From NCBI GenBank assembly GCA_025786725.1, contig JAHLTZ010000001.1:434001-498000 (forward strand): a stretch of DNA of 64,000 bases. The letters run 5' to 3'. The DNA comes from Syncephalis fuscata S228. Lineage: Eukaryota; Fungi; Zoopagomycota. The translations under genes were made by a program, and so were the position numbers. Each line of letters opens with the position of its first letter. Within the stretch, counting starts at the first letter, position 1. This document shows positions 29,202 through 41,324 of the stretch, in pieces. The notes under the pieces were generated by a model. The model was not told where the DNA came from. It saw only the letters and a list, made by a program, of their open reading frames with translations, and did no database searches.

Positions 29202-30660
29202 GCATACAAACCTTTACTTTTATACGTACACTTTTACTTTTTACTTACATGTTTGTTTTGTAATACATTAGCTATTAATTACTATTACATATAATAAGAT
29301 TATTAATAATTAACTAATTAATTAACTAATTGACTAGTTTGCTAGTTTATATTTTCCCAGTTTTATATTTTACTTTATACTTTTCCTTCACAACCCACCC
29401 ACCCACTTGAACTTTACGATACAGATAGATCGATAGAATAATCGATTAATTAATTGATAGCTAGATATACATAGTATATGTAGGGGTGGTAATGGTTTGT
29501 AGTGTTATATGGACTTGGAAATAACCACGTCCAATTAACTAGTTTTTCTACATATCTTTATTATAAATAATAGCCATTGATTAGTGTTAATAAAAAGCTG
29601 TTGTAATACTAGTGTATCCTATTGATCTATATATATATGTATCATAGTGTAGTGACAACAGTGTCTATCAAAGTATCATTAATCATGTGTGTACACCACA
29701 CTCATCACGACCCTTCATTTATAAAACAACTCACCATGCTTCCGGACGTCTTTTTCCTTCTCGTCTGTATTTCCCAATACTGTTCAATTGGGGAAATTCG
29801 GTACTTTTCTCTTCTCTCTCTTTCCCTTCTCCTCTTCTTCTCCTTCATTATAATCCTTTATTTCCCTTTGGTTTTGTTAGTACGACTGTAGTGATTCGTT
29901 GACCGAAAACGAACTGCTACATTCTCATCTATCCTCGGGAAAAGGACGAAAGAGGAAAAGCGTAGTTTATTGGATCGTTGAGTTATCCAACTACTTTCAA
30001 TAGTTTAAGTAAGTGTTTGGCAGTGGATATAAATATACATATATACATATATACATATAGTGGTGCTATACAGTATATAGTGGCAAAATAGTTGTTATTT
30101 AGAGTTGTGTATAGTACTACTGGCATAGTATTGGATCTTTTGTATTAAGCAACTACTTTTATTAACTTTGATATACTGAGAATACGTATACAACTATGTG
30201 TCATAATGACGGTATTTGTGTTGTATATTATTGTGCTGAGTTGTCGTTTCTGTGTATGTGTGTATGTGTGTGGGTATGCAGATGTTGTGCAGGCGCGTGT
30301 TTGTGTGTGGGTGTGTACACAATTGTTTGTGTGAGAGTATATATTTGAGTGTATAATTCAACGAAAAGGTTACTATTCTTCTTTATGCTTTTTTAATCAT
30401 ACTTGATCATCTAGCACTTGTATTATTGATCTTCTAATCATCTGAACTCTTTAATACTAGATTCTCCTGCGTTTGTGTTTTTTTCAGCATATTACGCCTT
30501 TGTTTGTTTATCTGCACGATATCACAGTCGTCGATCGACTCGTACGTTATAGAGCCAGCCAGTTCCGCACGGTCCAGCCTTGCTCAATCACGAACGACCT
30601 TTTGTCAAACACCTTGATCGCTCGCAAAGACAATCGCCGTCTGCTACTTCGCCACCGTTC

Positions 30661-33600
30661 ATGAGTCGCCGCGCTAGTAATACTCCGTCGCAGTTTACCT
30701 ACGCGCAACTCGCTGCGCAGAAGCCAGCACCACCACCGCCAGCTCAATCGCAACCGCCAACGCCAACCCAGGCAGCTACGCCTCCAACTGCACCTCCCAG
30801 TACTGGTAGTGCTAAAGGCGCCAACGTTGCCAATAATTCGTCTGCTACACCGGTCAACGGTCGTTCCCGCGCCAACTCCACGTCGCACACCCCTACAGAA
30901 GCTCCAGCAACTACGACTGCGGCTTCTGCTACTAACGCTACCGGTAACACAGTGAATTCTCAGGCGCGCGGTAATGCCGGCGCAAAGCCGCCCGCACCCG
31001 GACCAGTTCCGGTAAAGACAACTGGACAGCGTATGAACTTTGCCAACGTGGTTGCAAAAGCGCCACCTACGCCTACGCGTACTACTGCTGCTCCACCACC
31101 ACCACCACCAGCAGCAGCAGCAGCAGCTAACAAGACTGCATCGTCAGCAACGGCAGCACAATCATCGCAACAGCAACGTGGCGGATCTAATGCAGAAAGG
31201 TAAGCTAAATATTGGTTTAATATACGCATATTATACTAATTTTCTATTATTAGTGCACCAATATCACGTTCTGGATCACGTTCATCTGCTAAATCAGCTG
31301 CCAATACACCTAATTTTGCCAGTGCCGTCAAACGAAATTCATTAACACCTGCAAGCAAGCAGCAACAGCAAGGGTCGTCTGGTGCATTATCATCATCATC
31401 ATCTGCTGCTGCTGCTGCTGCTGCTGCTACAGCTAATCCAGCGGGTACTTCTAATGCAACACGTGGACGTAATCCAGCCACTAGTGGTAAGTAATTGGTT
31501 TATTTGATTGTTTATATTCTACGGGCATTGTTTGTGTATAACACGGCAATGACAAAGCAAATTGGGTATTTTGAAATGGAGTGCTTACACTGGTTATATA
31601 TATACATATATACTATTTGTTTATTTGTTTGACGTCGAAAAGCTAATATTCAGTTTGGCTCTATTAATGCGGCTACTGCATCAGGTGCGGCTACTAGTGG
31701 ATCTACTCAGCAACCGGCTCAATCCGGCCAACAAGCAGCGGCAGCTTCTAATCAACGCAAACCAGTAAGTTATTTATTAATAGATAAACGATTGATTTAT
31801 TAATTTGTTATTTATTAGATGCAAGCAAGTCCAGCTCCTGCAAAGGCAAGCCAAGCAATTACTGGACGTGCTGGGGTACGCGTTCCTGACATTCCACGTA
31901 CTATGTCTGCACCACCCGAGTTGGATCAGCAACAAAAAGCGCAACAGGCTAAAACGTTGCCACCGGGTAATGTTTGGCAAAATAGGCCAACTATTAAAAG
32001 TAAATTAGGCCAAGAAGCAGCCGGTACACCTGCTGCTAATGCTACTGCTAATAATGCTAATCCAGCACGTAATCAACAGCAGCCACAGCCACAACAGCCA
32101 CAGCCACAACAACAACCAGCTGTGCCGGCACAGCCTCAAACGACGCCAGCGGCAGTGCCACAACCGGTAGCTCAACAACAACCGCAATCTAATAATAATG
32201 CTGCCAAGCCTGCTACTAGTACTACTACTACTACTACTAAACCAGCTCCAGCACCTAATGCTCAGCCAAGCTTTGCTGCGGCCGCGGCCGCTGCAGCAGC
32301 CTCTAACGTTGCTCGTTCTGTTCAACAACAACAGCAACAACAGCAACAACAGCAGCAGCCACATCAACAGCAACCAGTGCCACAGCAGCAACAACAGCAT
32401 ATTCCTCATCCTCAGCATCCTCAGCAACAAATGACGCCGGTACAAATACATATGACGCCAGTCCATCCACAAGCTGTACCCGGTGCACCAGCAATGACAC
32501 CACCACAAGGCTATATGATTCCTCACAATAGAGCTGGTCCACACCAGAAAATGCAACAAACACCACAAATGGTTATGCAAGTACCACAAATGGCTGGTAG
32601 TCCAGGTATGGCATATGCTGTCCCAGTTATGGCACATCAAATGCCACATCCACATCAACAGCATGCATATCAACGCGGTCCACAAAAGCATAATCAGCCA
32701 CAAGCTTCCATGTCACCTCGTCAAATGCCAGCCTCACCAGCTATGGCTATGGGCCTTCCTCCTGGTGCTATGATACCACAAGGATGGAATCAATATGCTG
32801 TAAGTAACAATGAATACTATTTATTAAAACAATACTAAATATTAACATTAATAATAATAATAGCAATTTGGTTATAATCCACAGTTTGATCAAGCTCAGC
32901 CTTTATATTATGCACCAACGCCATATCATCAACAAATGGCCTATCAGGCTAGTTATATGAACCAAAATGCAGCCAATGCACAAGCAATGCGGCCACCAAT
33001 GCCACCTGGCCACCTGGCGCTGCCGGTTCACCACGTATGCCATATGCTGCACAGCCATTTGTGCAACCAACTAAACAGAGCCATGCCATAAAGATTGTCG
33101 ACCCCACCACTGGCCAAGTCATTTCAGACTTAAGCAAGTCAGGCGATAATGGCGCAGAGAAGCCCGCTGGCTCACCGGCTGCTGGCTCAAGAGCTATTCC
33201 TATTATAAAGCCAGCCGAAGTTGTAAAGGCTGAAGAAGAGGAAGCCAAACGTAAAGAAGAGGCTGAACGTAAGCGTAAAGAAGAGGAGGAAGCCGAACGC
33301 AAACGCAAAGAAGAAGAAGAGGCTGAACGTAAACGTAAAGAGGAAGAAGAGGCTGAGCGTAAACGTAAAGAGGCTGAAGAAGCCGAACGTAAACGTAAGG
33401 AAGAAGAAGAAGCAGCCGAACGTAAACGTAAAGAGGAGGAAGAGGCAGAACGTAAACGCATAGAAGAAGAAGCTGAGCGTAAACGTAAAGAGGCTGAAGA
33501 AGCCGAACGTAAACGTAAGGAAGAAGAAGAAGCAGCCGAACGTAAACGTATAGAAGAAGAAGAGGCCGAACGTAAACGTAAAGAAGAGGAAGAAGCGGCC

Positions 33601-36600
33601 GAACGTAAACGTATAGAAGAAGAAGAAGAGGCTGAGCGTAAACGTAAAGAGGAAGAAGTTGCTGCTGCTGCTGCTGCTGCTGCTGCCGCTGCAGCTAAAG
33701 CTCAAGAAAAGATACTTGAAGAACGTGCACCTCTTTCTATACCAACTTCGCCTACATTCACTACTGATCAAAGTGGCGATTCGACTGGTAAACGTCCAGC
33801 TGCACCACCTGGTCTTAGTGGCGCTACAGCTGGTAAAATGATGCGTCCACCACCTGGTCTAAGCATGGGTCGTAGCAATTCCGAATCAATGGTGGCCAAT
33901 ACAAGCGGTAATACCACGCCTACAGCAGTGCGTAATCCACAGGCCCTAGAAGCATTTGCCTATCCACCTGGCATTAAGTCACCATTCTTAGGTGATCCAC
34001 AGGCATCAACCAAATTCAAATACGACCGCTCTTTCTTATTACAGTTCAAACAAGTTTGTACGGATAAGCCAAATGGCATGCCAAACCTTGATAACTTTGC
34101 AGCTGGCGATCGTGCTGGTGGTCAGCGTGGCGGCGCACAACGCGGTCGTCGTGGTGGAGCTGGCAGTGCCGGTGCACCACCTGGCATTAAAGCACCTGGT
34201 GACCGTGTCGTTGGCAAAGATAGTGAAACACGTTTCAAGCAATCTACACTTGGACTGGGACAGAATCCAGTTACCGGTTCATTTGCCGTCCCATTGAATC
34301 GTTCATTGGGTGGCAGTATGCGTGGTGCACCGCCTGGCTTGGCTGCTAAACCAAATGCACGCAATAATAATAATAATAATAGTCGTGGACGTGGCGGTCG
34401 TGGTGGACGTGGTGGTGGCGGTGCTGCCGCTATCGATCAAGCATTGGCTATGCCATTAACAGACTTTAAGCCTTAGAAGCATCTGAATCTGGATGGAAGC
34501 CAATGTCCCGCGATAAGAAGGAGGTTGATGAAACGAGTCCAGAGATTGTTACACGTAAGATTAAGTCGCTATTGAACAAGTTAACTTTGGAAAAGTTCGA
34601 CAGTGTCAGTAACCAGATTGTCGAAATTACAAACTATTCAAAGAACGAATCGGATGGCGCTACATTGAAATTGGTTATTCAGCTTGTATTCGAAAAAGCT
34701 ACTGATGAACCAAACTTCAGTGCTATGTGGGCCCAATTGGCTAGCAAGATGTTGGCCAACATTAGCGCAGAAGTACAGGACGAATCGGTGCTTACCCGCG
34801 ACGGTAATCCAATGTGTGGCGGTGTGCTATTCCGTAAATATCTATTGAATAGATGCCAAGAAGAATTTGAAAAGGGCTGGAAGGTGATATGCCAAAGAAT
34901 CCATCAGAAGACTATTTAATGTCTGATGAATATTATACTGCAGCCAAGGCCAAACGTCGTGGTCTTGGTTTGGTTGAATTCATTGGTGAATTGTTTAAAC
35001 TCGATATGTTAACGGAGAAGATTATGCACGAATGCGTACGTCGTTTACTTTCAAATGTACAGGACCCAGAAGAAGAAGAAACCGAGTCGATGGCCAAGCT
35101 AATGTCGACTGTTGGCAAGCTACTAGATCATCGTGCAGCACGCAACTACATGGATGCCTATTTCCATCGCATTCAAGAGCTATCGGTTAATCAAAAGCTA
35201 AGCAGCCGTATTCGCTTTATGCTGCTTGATTTGATTGAACTACGTAACGACAAATGGGTACCACGTCGAGCAGCGGCCGGTCCAAAGACAATTGCCCAAA
35301 TCCACGAAGAGGCATTAAAACAGAAGCAGGAGGCTGAGGCAATGCGTCGTGCTAAGAGTGGTGGTGGTCGTACTGGTGGCGGATCTGGCGGTCCACCTAT
35401 GGGCCAGCATCTTAATCGCTCGGATTCACGCGGTGGCAATAGCAATCGTGGTGGCGATGGCTGGAGTACCGTTGGTGGCGGTGCAACACGTAAAGTTAAC
35501 GATCTATCTAGCTTTGGCAATCTTGCCCGTAGCAAGACAGTATCTACTGGTATGAGTCTTGGTCCAGGTGGCAATGTATTCAATGCACTTGGCGGTGGTG
35601 CTAAAGGTGGCAAGACAGAGCCTGCCAAAGACAAAGAAGAAGGCAAGCCTGGTAGCAATCGCTCCAGCATCATCGGCACTGGCAACATGTTTAGGTAAGT
35701 ATACGGTATTAGTGACTAATTAATAATGACATGTAACTAACATTTATTTATCTATTAGCGCACTTATGGGTGCATCACCGCCAGCATCTGGTCTTAAGGA
35801 GGCTCATTAAGCTCGATGACTGCCAAATCGATCACGAATGAACGACCAAAGTTGAAATTACTGCCTCGTAGTAAAACAATGGATGCGAAGAAGAGGCCGA
35901 TCAAGTGTCGCTGCTCCCGCACCATCTTCATCGTCAAGTGTCAAGGTAACTAAACAACAGGCCAAGAATAAGATTGATAGCATGGTCAAAGAGTTCCTAC
36001 AAGTTAACGAGGCCGACGAAGTTGTCGAGTGCATCAAAGAGCTGGGCAGTACTGAGTATCACAAAGATGCCATTATTGTGTTTGCCAACCAAGTTATGGA
36101 ACGTAAGGTTGATGATGTTAATCGCGTTGCTTCACTATTCAAGAAGTTAGTCAGCACAGATACTGTTTCAAATGCATCAGTTTGTGCGGCCTTTACTGAT
36201 TCTTCAACGATATTGAAGATATGGCGATTGATGTACCATCAGTCTACAAGTTTACGGCCATTTTACTTGCTGGTGCTAATGTAACCGCACCACAAGTAAT
36301 AACGCTACTTAAACCATTACAAGATGCATCATCACTAAGTCCACCAGCACCAAACTACTTGCTGAATACTTGAAGGCCGTACGTGATAATGAGGTAAGTT
36401 CTAATTGCTTATCAATCGATTGTTTACTAATACAAACCTCTTAATATTATTATTCAAATCATTATTAGGGAGAAGAAGTAATGGTAAATCATGCTAAAGC
36501 AGCTCATATCGACTTTAGACCATTGTTCCCTGTAGCTAAACAAGGCGACGATGTATTGGCTGACTATCTAGATATGCAGAACCTACTTATACTCTACCCA

Positions 36601-37095
36601 ACACTTAAGGTAGCCAAGTCATTGAAACGTGCTATGGGACGCGATTCAACCGATGAACTTATTGCTCTATGCGAGAATGAAGCAAGCGATAATGTACGTA
36701 ATTCAGACGACTTTGTACAAACTGTTGCTGGTGCCGTATTCCGCTACATTGTTCTACAAACAATTATGGCAAATGGTGTCCGTCAAGCAATCACCCCTAC
36801 ACCAGAGATTGAAGCGAAGGAACAAGAACTATTGGTATCGTTCAAACCACTACTTATTAAATATACCGAAGGACGTAATACAGCCGCTTTGACACGACTA
36901 TTATTTGCAGCTCAACAAGTTGCATCGACTCTTTCCTTCCCCAAGGACTGGCTTCTGCGCAGCTTCAAACTGCTGCTAGCAGAACAATTAATTACACCAG
37001 ATGTGTTAACGGCATGGAAGAATGATACACAACACGAGACAGCTACCAAATCGACCGCACTTAACGAAGTAGACGCGTGGCTATCTTCACTATAA
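30661..37095 (+). CDS. Translation initiation factor eIF4G (multi-exon; several 1-nt frameshifts)
   Basis: Q/P-rich N-terminus, eIF4E-binding KYDRSFLL (34018-34041), MIF4G (KIKSLLNKLT, FEKATDEPNFSAMWAQL, FIGELFKL, SSRIRFMLLDLIELR, GPKTIAQIH), then MA3-like and W2-like C-terminal domains. Start codon is a best guess. Confidence 0.9.
33232..33660 (+). repeat. Coding tandem repeat (EEEAERKRK)n in eIF4G
   Basis: About 14 units of ~27-33 nt (gaagaagaggctgaacgtaaacgtaaa-like). Confidence 0.9.
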
Positions 37096-37800
37096 ATCTA
37101 TATCTTTTTTCTTATTATTTCACTTTAACACTTTTATCTTTGTTTCCCATTCCATTCGAGCTCATTTATAGTTTGCAGTCGACTTTTTGTGATGGCACGT
37201 CTGTATTTATCTATGCTTAGATGCATTAATACATAGATATTTATTTTCTTGTCATGTATCCATTCATTTATTCTACATTCTATGTGCGTGCCGATATTTC
37301 TGCATCTACAATTATATCTTTACAACACTATATTATGTTTATCCTTTCAATTCCTATTATCTCTACCCGCCTTGGTATGACTTGCATTTCTATTATACGG
37401 CGCTCTATAAAAGCGTTTCTCTCCCCTCTACTAGTTTATGTTTTCTCCTACGTTTCTATCTTGAATGCAAGTTTGATTGTATTTACCAAAATAGGATAAA
37501 TATAGGCTGTTTTGTTTTATGATATGCGATATTTTACTATAGATCCGGTGGTATTGCCATTGCTGGAAATATTAACCTGTTTCAAATGTTTAATAACTTG
37601 TAATGTAAAACGCGACAAATCTCCTTACTCGAACAGCAAATAATACAAATAGGCACATTTGTTTATTGATTTTAGTATTTTATTATCGCATCTTTATTAT
37701 AACTACTCAATTACACTAGCACACTTTTATTGCTGTTAACAGTAAAAGTATACAGATATATTTTTTTGCATTCGACTATTTTCAATATTTACTATATACT

Positions 37801-38238
37801 ATGAATATGACATTATTCAGCACTATTTATTCATTCATTACAGTATTACTATTAATATTAAACATTATTGGTATCAATAATCATGGTGGAGCAATGGTTT
37901 ATGCTGCTGCCAGACCTATGGCTACTACTACTACTACAATTATCGCTACAGTGACTAGAACAGTTACGGCGATCGCTACTACCATCGTTACTACGACGGT
38001 TAATATCGATACCGCCACGGCTACTCCTATCGCTACAACTACTCCTATAAACTACTTCGATGATGACGATGATAGCAATACATGGGTGGCACCAAGTCCG
38101 TCATTCGGTCAATTAAACAGTAAATCAACTGAAGCTACAACTTTGATACTATTAAATCTCAGGCTGATGGTATGCATTCAACTGGCAGATCATAAAACGT
38201 GTCGAGTAGTAAAACTATTGTTAAAAATCATTAGATAA
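37801..38238 (+). CDS. Putative small secreted Thr-rich protein
   Basis: Hydrophobic N-terminus followed by Thr/Ala-rich tract; no recognisable domain. Confidence 0.45.
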   Translation: MNMTLFSTIYSFITVLLLILNIIGINNHGGAMVYAAARPMATTTTTIIATVTRTVTAIATTIVTTTVNIDTATATPIATTTPINYFDDDDDSNTWVAPSPSFGQLNSKSTEATTLILLNLRLMVCIQLADHKTCRVVKLLLKIIR

Positions 38239-38616
38239 ATACGTTCATTACTAAAATAAACATTAATAATTTACTATTACTGATCTAGCTATCTATTAAT
38301 GCCATTACATTTATTTATATAAATATGTATATGTGTATGTGTATAATCCATATGAACATCGGTAATTGACCATCTACTTTAATCCCCTTGGGGCAGTAAA
38401 TCATTTTACGCAATTAATTGTGGCGATTTAAATAGTTGACGAGTTGATTGGGTTAATTTGTGTTTAAATAACTATTCACAATAAATATTAATGCAATATA
38501 ATAATATTAACATTTCCATAAAATAGAATTGAATGTAATAAAACATTGTATCAGTAATAACATTAAATATTTAAATAAACACTGTAACAGGCTATTTGAT
38601 TTCTTTAAAACACTTG

Positions 38617-39220
38617 AGGCCAATCATTGTTATTGTTGATCATGCGTAGAAAGATTGATCGAATATTAATAAAAGCCATTGATTGCAATTCCATGTCGTT
38701 CCGCTGTTGTTATTGCTGTTACTACAACAATGTGGTTTCTTGCGTCTGAATGGTCTCTTCTATTTTCCAATCTTCTACTGTTGCATTTTGGGCCTATTTG
38801 CAATGTAAGATACTCGTCTATGGTGACAAAAAGGTAGAACGACTAGCATTTCTGATGTTCGCCATTGTCTTGAGCATTCTTGGTATCAACTTAATAGGCG
38901 TAGTTTATTTGCCGACCATTGATAAAGCAAATTGGCCTCCACCATATGCAATAATGATAGGTTAAGTGTTTTTACCAGGAAGAGCTTGTGATGACAGTTG
39001 TAGTCAGAATATATGGCATGCCGTTGAGGTTGCTTGAACAGGTGTTGATGTAAATAAAAAATAAAGACTAAGGATTGAATAGTGTTATTTATTGATGTTC
39101 AAATACACATGTTATTTATATTGCTATATTTGGCATTATTATATAATATATTACTAAATAGAACAATAAGATAGCGATAAGAAGACAATGAAATGATTAA
39201 ATAAAAGATGTAAAAGTCAA
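38617..39220. repeat. ~600-bp dispersed direct repeat, copy A (upstream of micro-exon gene)
   Basis: Highly similar to 45872-46465 with small indels. Confidence 0.9.
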
Positions 39221-40989
39221 GCTAAAAATGACATGACCATATAGATATTACGCGCTCAATCCAATGTTTTATTTAATATATAGCTATACAGCTTTTATTA
39301 ATGATCAATAAATAAGAATAATATGTTTTGCTATTAATGCAATAATGTACAATATTAGCTGTTTACTTTGATAAATAACTAAACTAAGACTTATAATAGT
39401 TGGCTTAGTTGGTGGTCATGTACATGTAAGTATATAAGAAGTTACAATGTATTTGTAAATATTTATTCATACAAACAACTATAATTATAAATTATAGCGA
39501 CAATAACAAGTTATTTAACTAATAACTCATTAATTCAATTTTATTTACAACTCTCTGTTTTCTGTGCGTTATCTCGGTTTAACATTGCTGCTGTTCTGGT
39601 CGCATCAGCAACAGTCTACTTTTGATAAACACAGTCTAGGTTAGCATAGTTATAATGATTTGCCATATGTTAAATCACTAAGCGTTTGAGCTGCCAATTG
39701 TTTTTCCATTGGTTTCTGCTTTGGCTTGTTCTTCTATATTCCATCTTGCTTGACTTGCCAGGATTGGTTTCAGAAATGTAAGTAGCAGTTAGGCCTTGGA
39801 TAATTACCAATTGATACGCAATTCATTGACATTATGCATTCAAAATTGCCGATATTTGCCGAGCTATTTGATGTGTCTAGTCTAGTTTTTGTATATTTTA
39901 TTGTATAGAATTTAGCCGATGCAATCTATTTTACAGCTGAAAAACCGATGACGAAAATAACTTGTTGGAATGTTTCATTGCTCAAAACTCTGCGATGCAT
40001 CATGATACAAACGGTAATTATTGTATAGTCGATTCCGGGTGCTTTAGATTGACTGTCTTTGACTGCTGGTGGTTGCACAACCTGTTACATGTTGTACCTG
40101 GATGTAATGCATTTGTGAATTCAAAACAATTGTTATCCCCCATAACAATGGGCATAGTGTCGAATGAAATGCATGTATGTACCAATCAACACATTTTATA
40201 ATTTAAAGAATGACGATTAATTTATATATAGCATTAAAAATTTGTATAAAATACCATTTTAATATATTAAACTTGTTTTTGCATCAGTATTGTGTGTTAT
40301 TTTGGATGCATGCGGATATTGAGGACCAAATCGGCAGAAATGACAGCAAAGACATCATTATTGTTTTCACAAAGCCAAATAATATACTTGTTTTTACCAA
40401 ACAGTTAAACCGTACAACATGTAAAACAATATTTTAAATAAACTAAACTTTTACAACTAAATGGCCTAAATCTTCATAGAAAAGCAAATAAATTTTTATT
40501 CCAATGTGTTTAATGACAACTATAAAATAGTTGTAATTATAATTAATAATTTAAATAACAATGTGGTAATTTCCTTAAAAGAAAATTGGTAAAAGATCGG
40601 CATTGATCTTCCGCTACCTTTGTGCTACCTCGGTAAAAGCATACTTTTACCGAAGCAACGACAATACTAAATGTTACAGATCGTATAACAGAAAACACAG
40701 GCTAATATATCTATTTTTATCCCATATATACTGGGTTGGGTTGTGCTATAAACATTGTTACATCATTCGTGCGGGTAACTGGCAGATTGAAGTAAAGACC
40801 GGACAGGTTATGTGTTATTTTGTATGCATGTAGGTATTGAGGACCAAGTCATTCAGTGGAAACAACAGTAAAGACATCATTATGCTTCTGCAAAACCAAA
40901 CAATATACTTATTTTCATCAAATAGCTAAATCGTGTAACAAAAAATACAGGATGATGTACATGTCTCTATCGCATATGTACTGCTCATT

Positions 40990-41324
40990 GGAATTGCCGC
41001 GTTATTTGTGTAAATGCTGAGCAGGTTGAAATCAAAACTGGGAGTGTTCTATTATGCCATGAATCTATTGGTACACGCGGACCTCAAAGCATTGTTTGGA
41101 TTGCTTTATTGGTTCATGCTACACATCAATGGTATATCTCGTATACTACAGTATACTAGCATCTCAGCATAATCATAAGTATAAATAGCCCGCAAAATAT
41201 ACACAACCCACTGCAATATCCTCATCACACTCTACTTCTTGCTACACGCGCACTACTCCCCACTCTATACCAACCACACTCTACTATCTCTTTTATTTGT
41301 TTGTCTTAACAAATCAATATCACC
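40990..41324 (+). promoter_or_regulatory. Promoter/5'UTR of the micro-exon peptide gene, with TATAAATA at 41180-41187
   Basis: Conserved with 62104-62441 upstream of the paralogous leader exon (aattgccgcgt..gagcaggtt..ttattggttca..cagtatact..atctcagcataatcata..aaatagccc..aaatcaatatcaccATG). Confidence 0.7.

Noticed and set aside
32005-33771. Long antisense ORFs (232, 170 and 194 aa) opposite eIF4G
   Set aside because: Shadows of Gln-rich and EEEAERKRK repeats on the coding strand.
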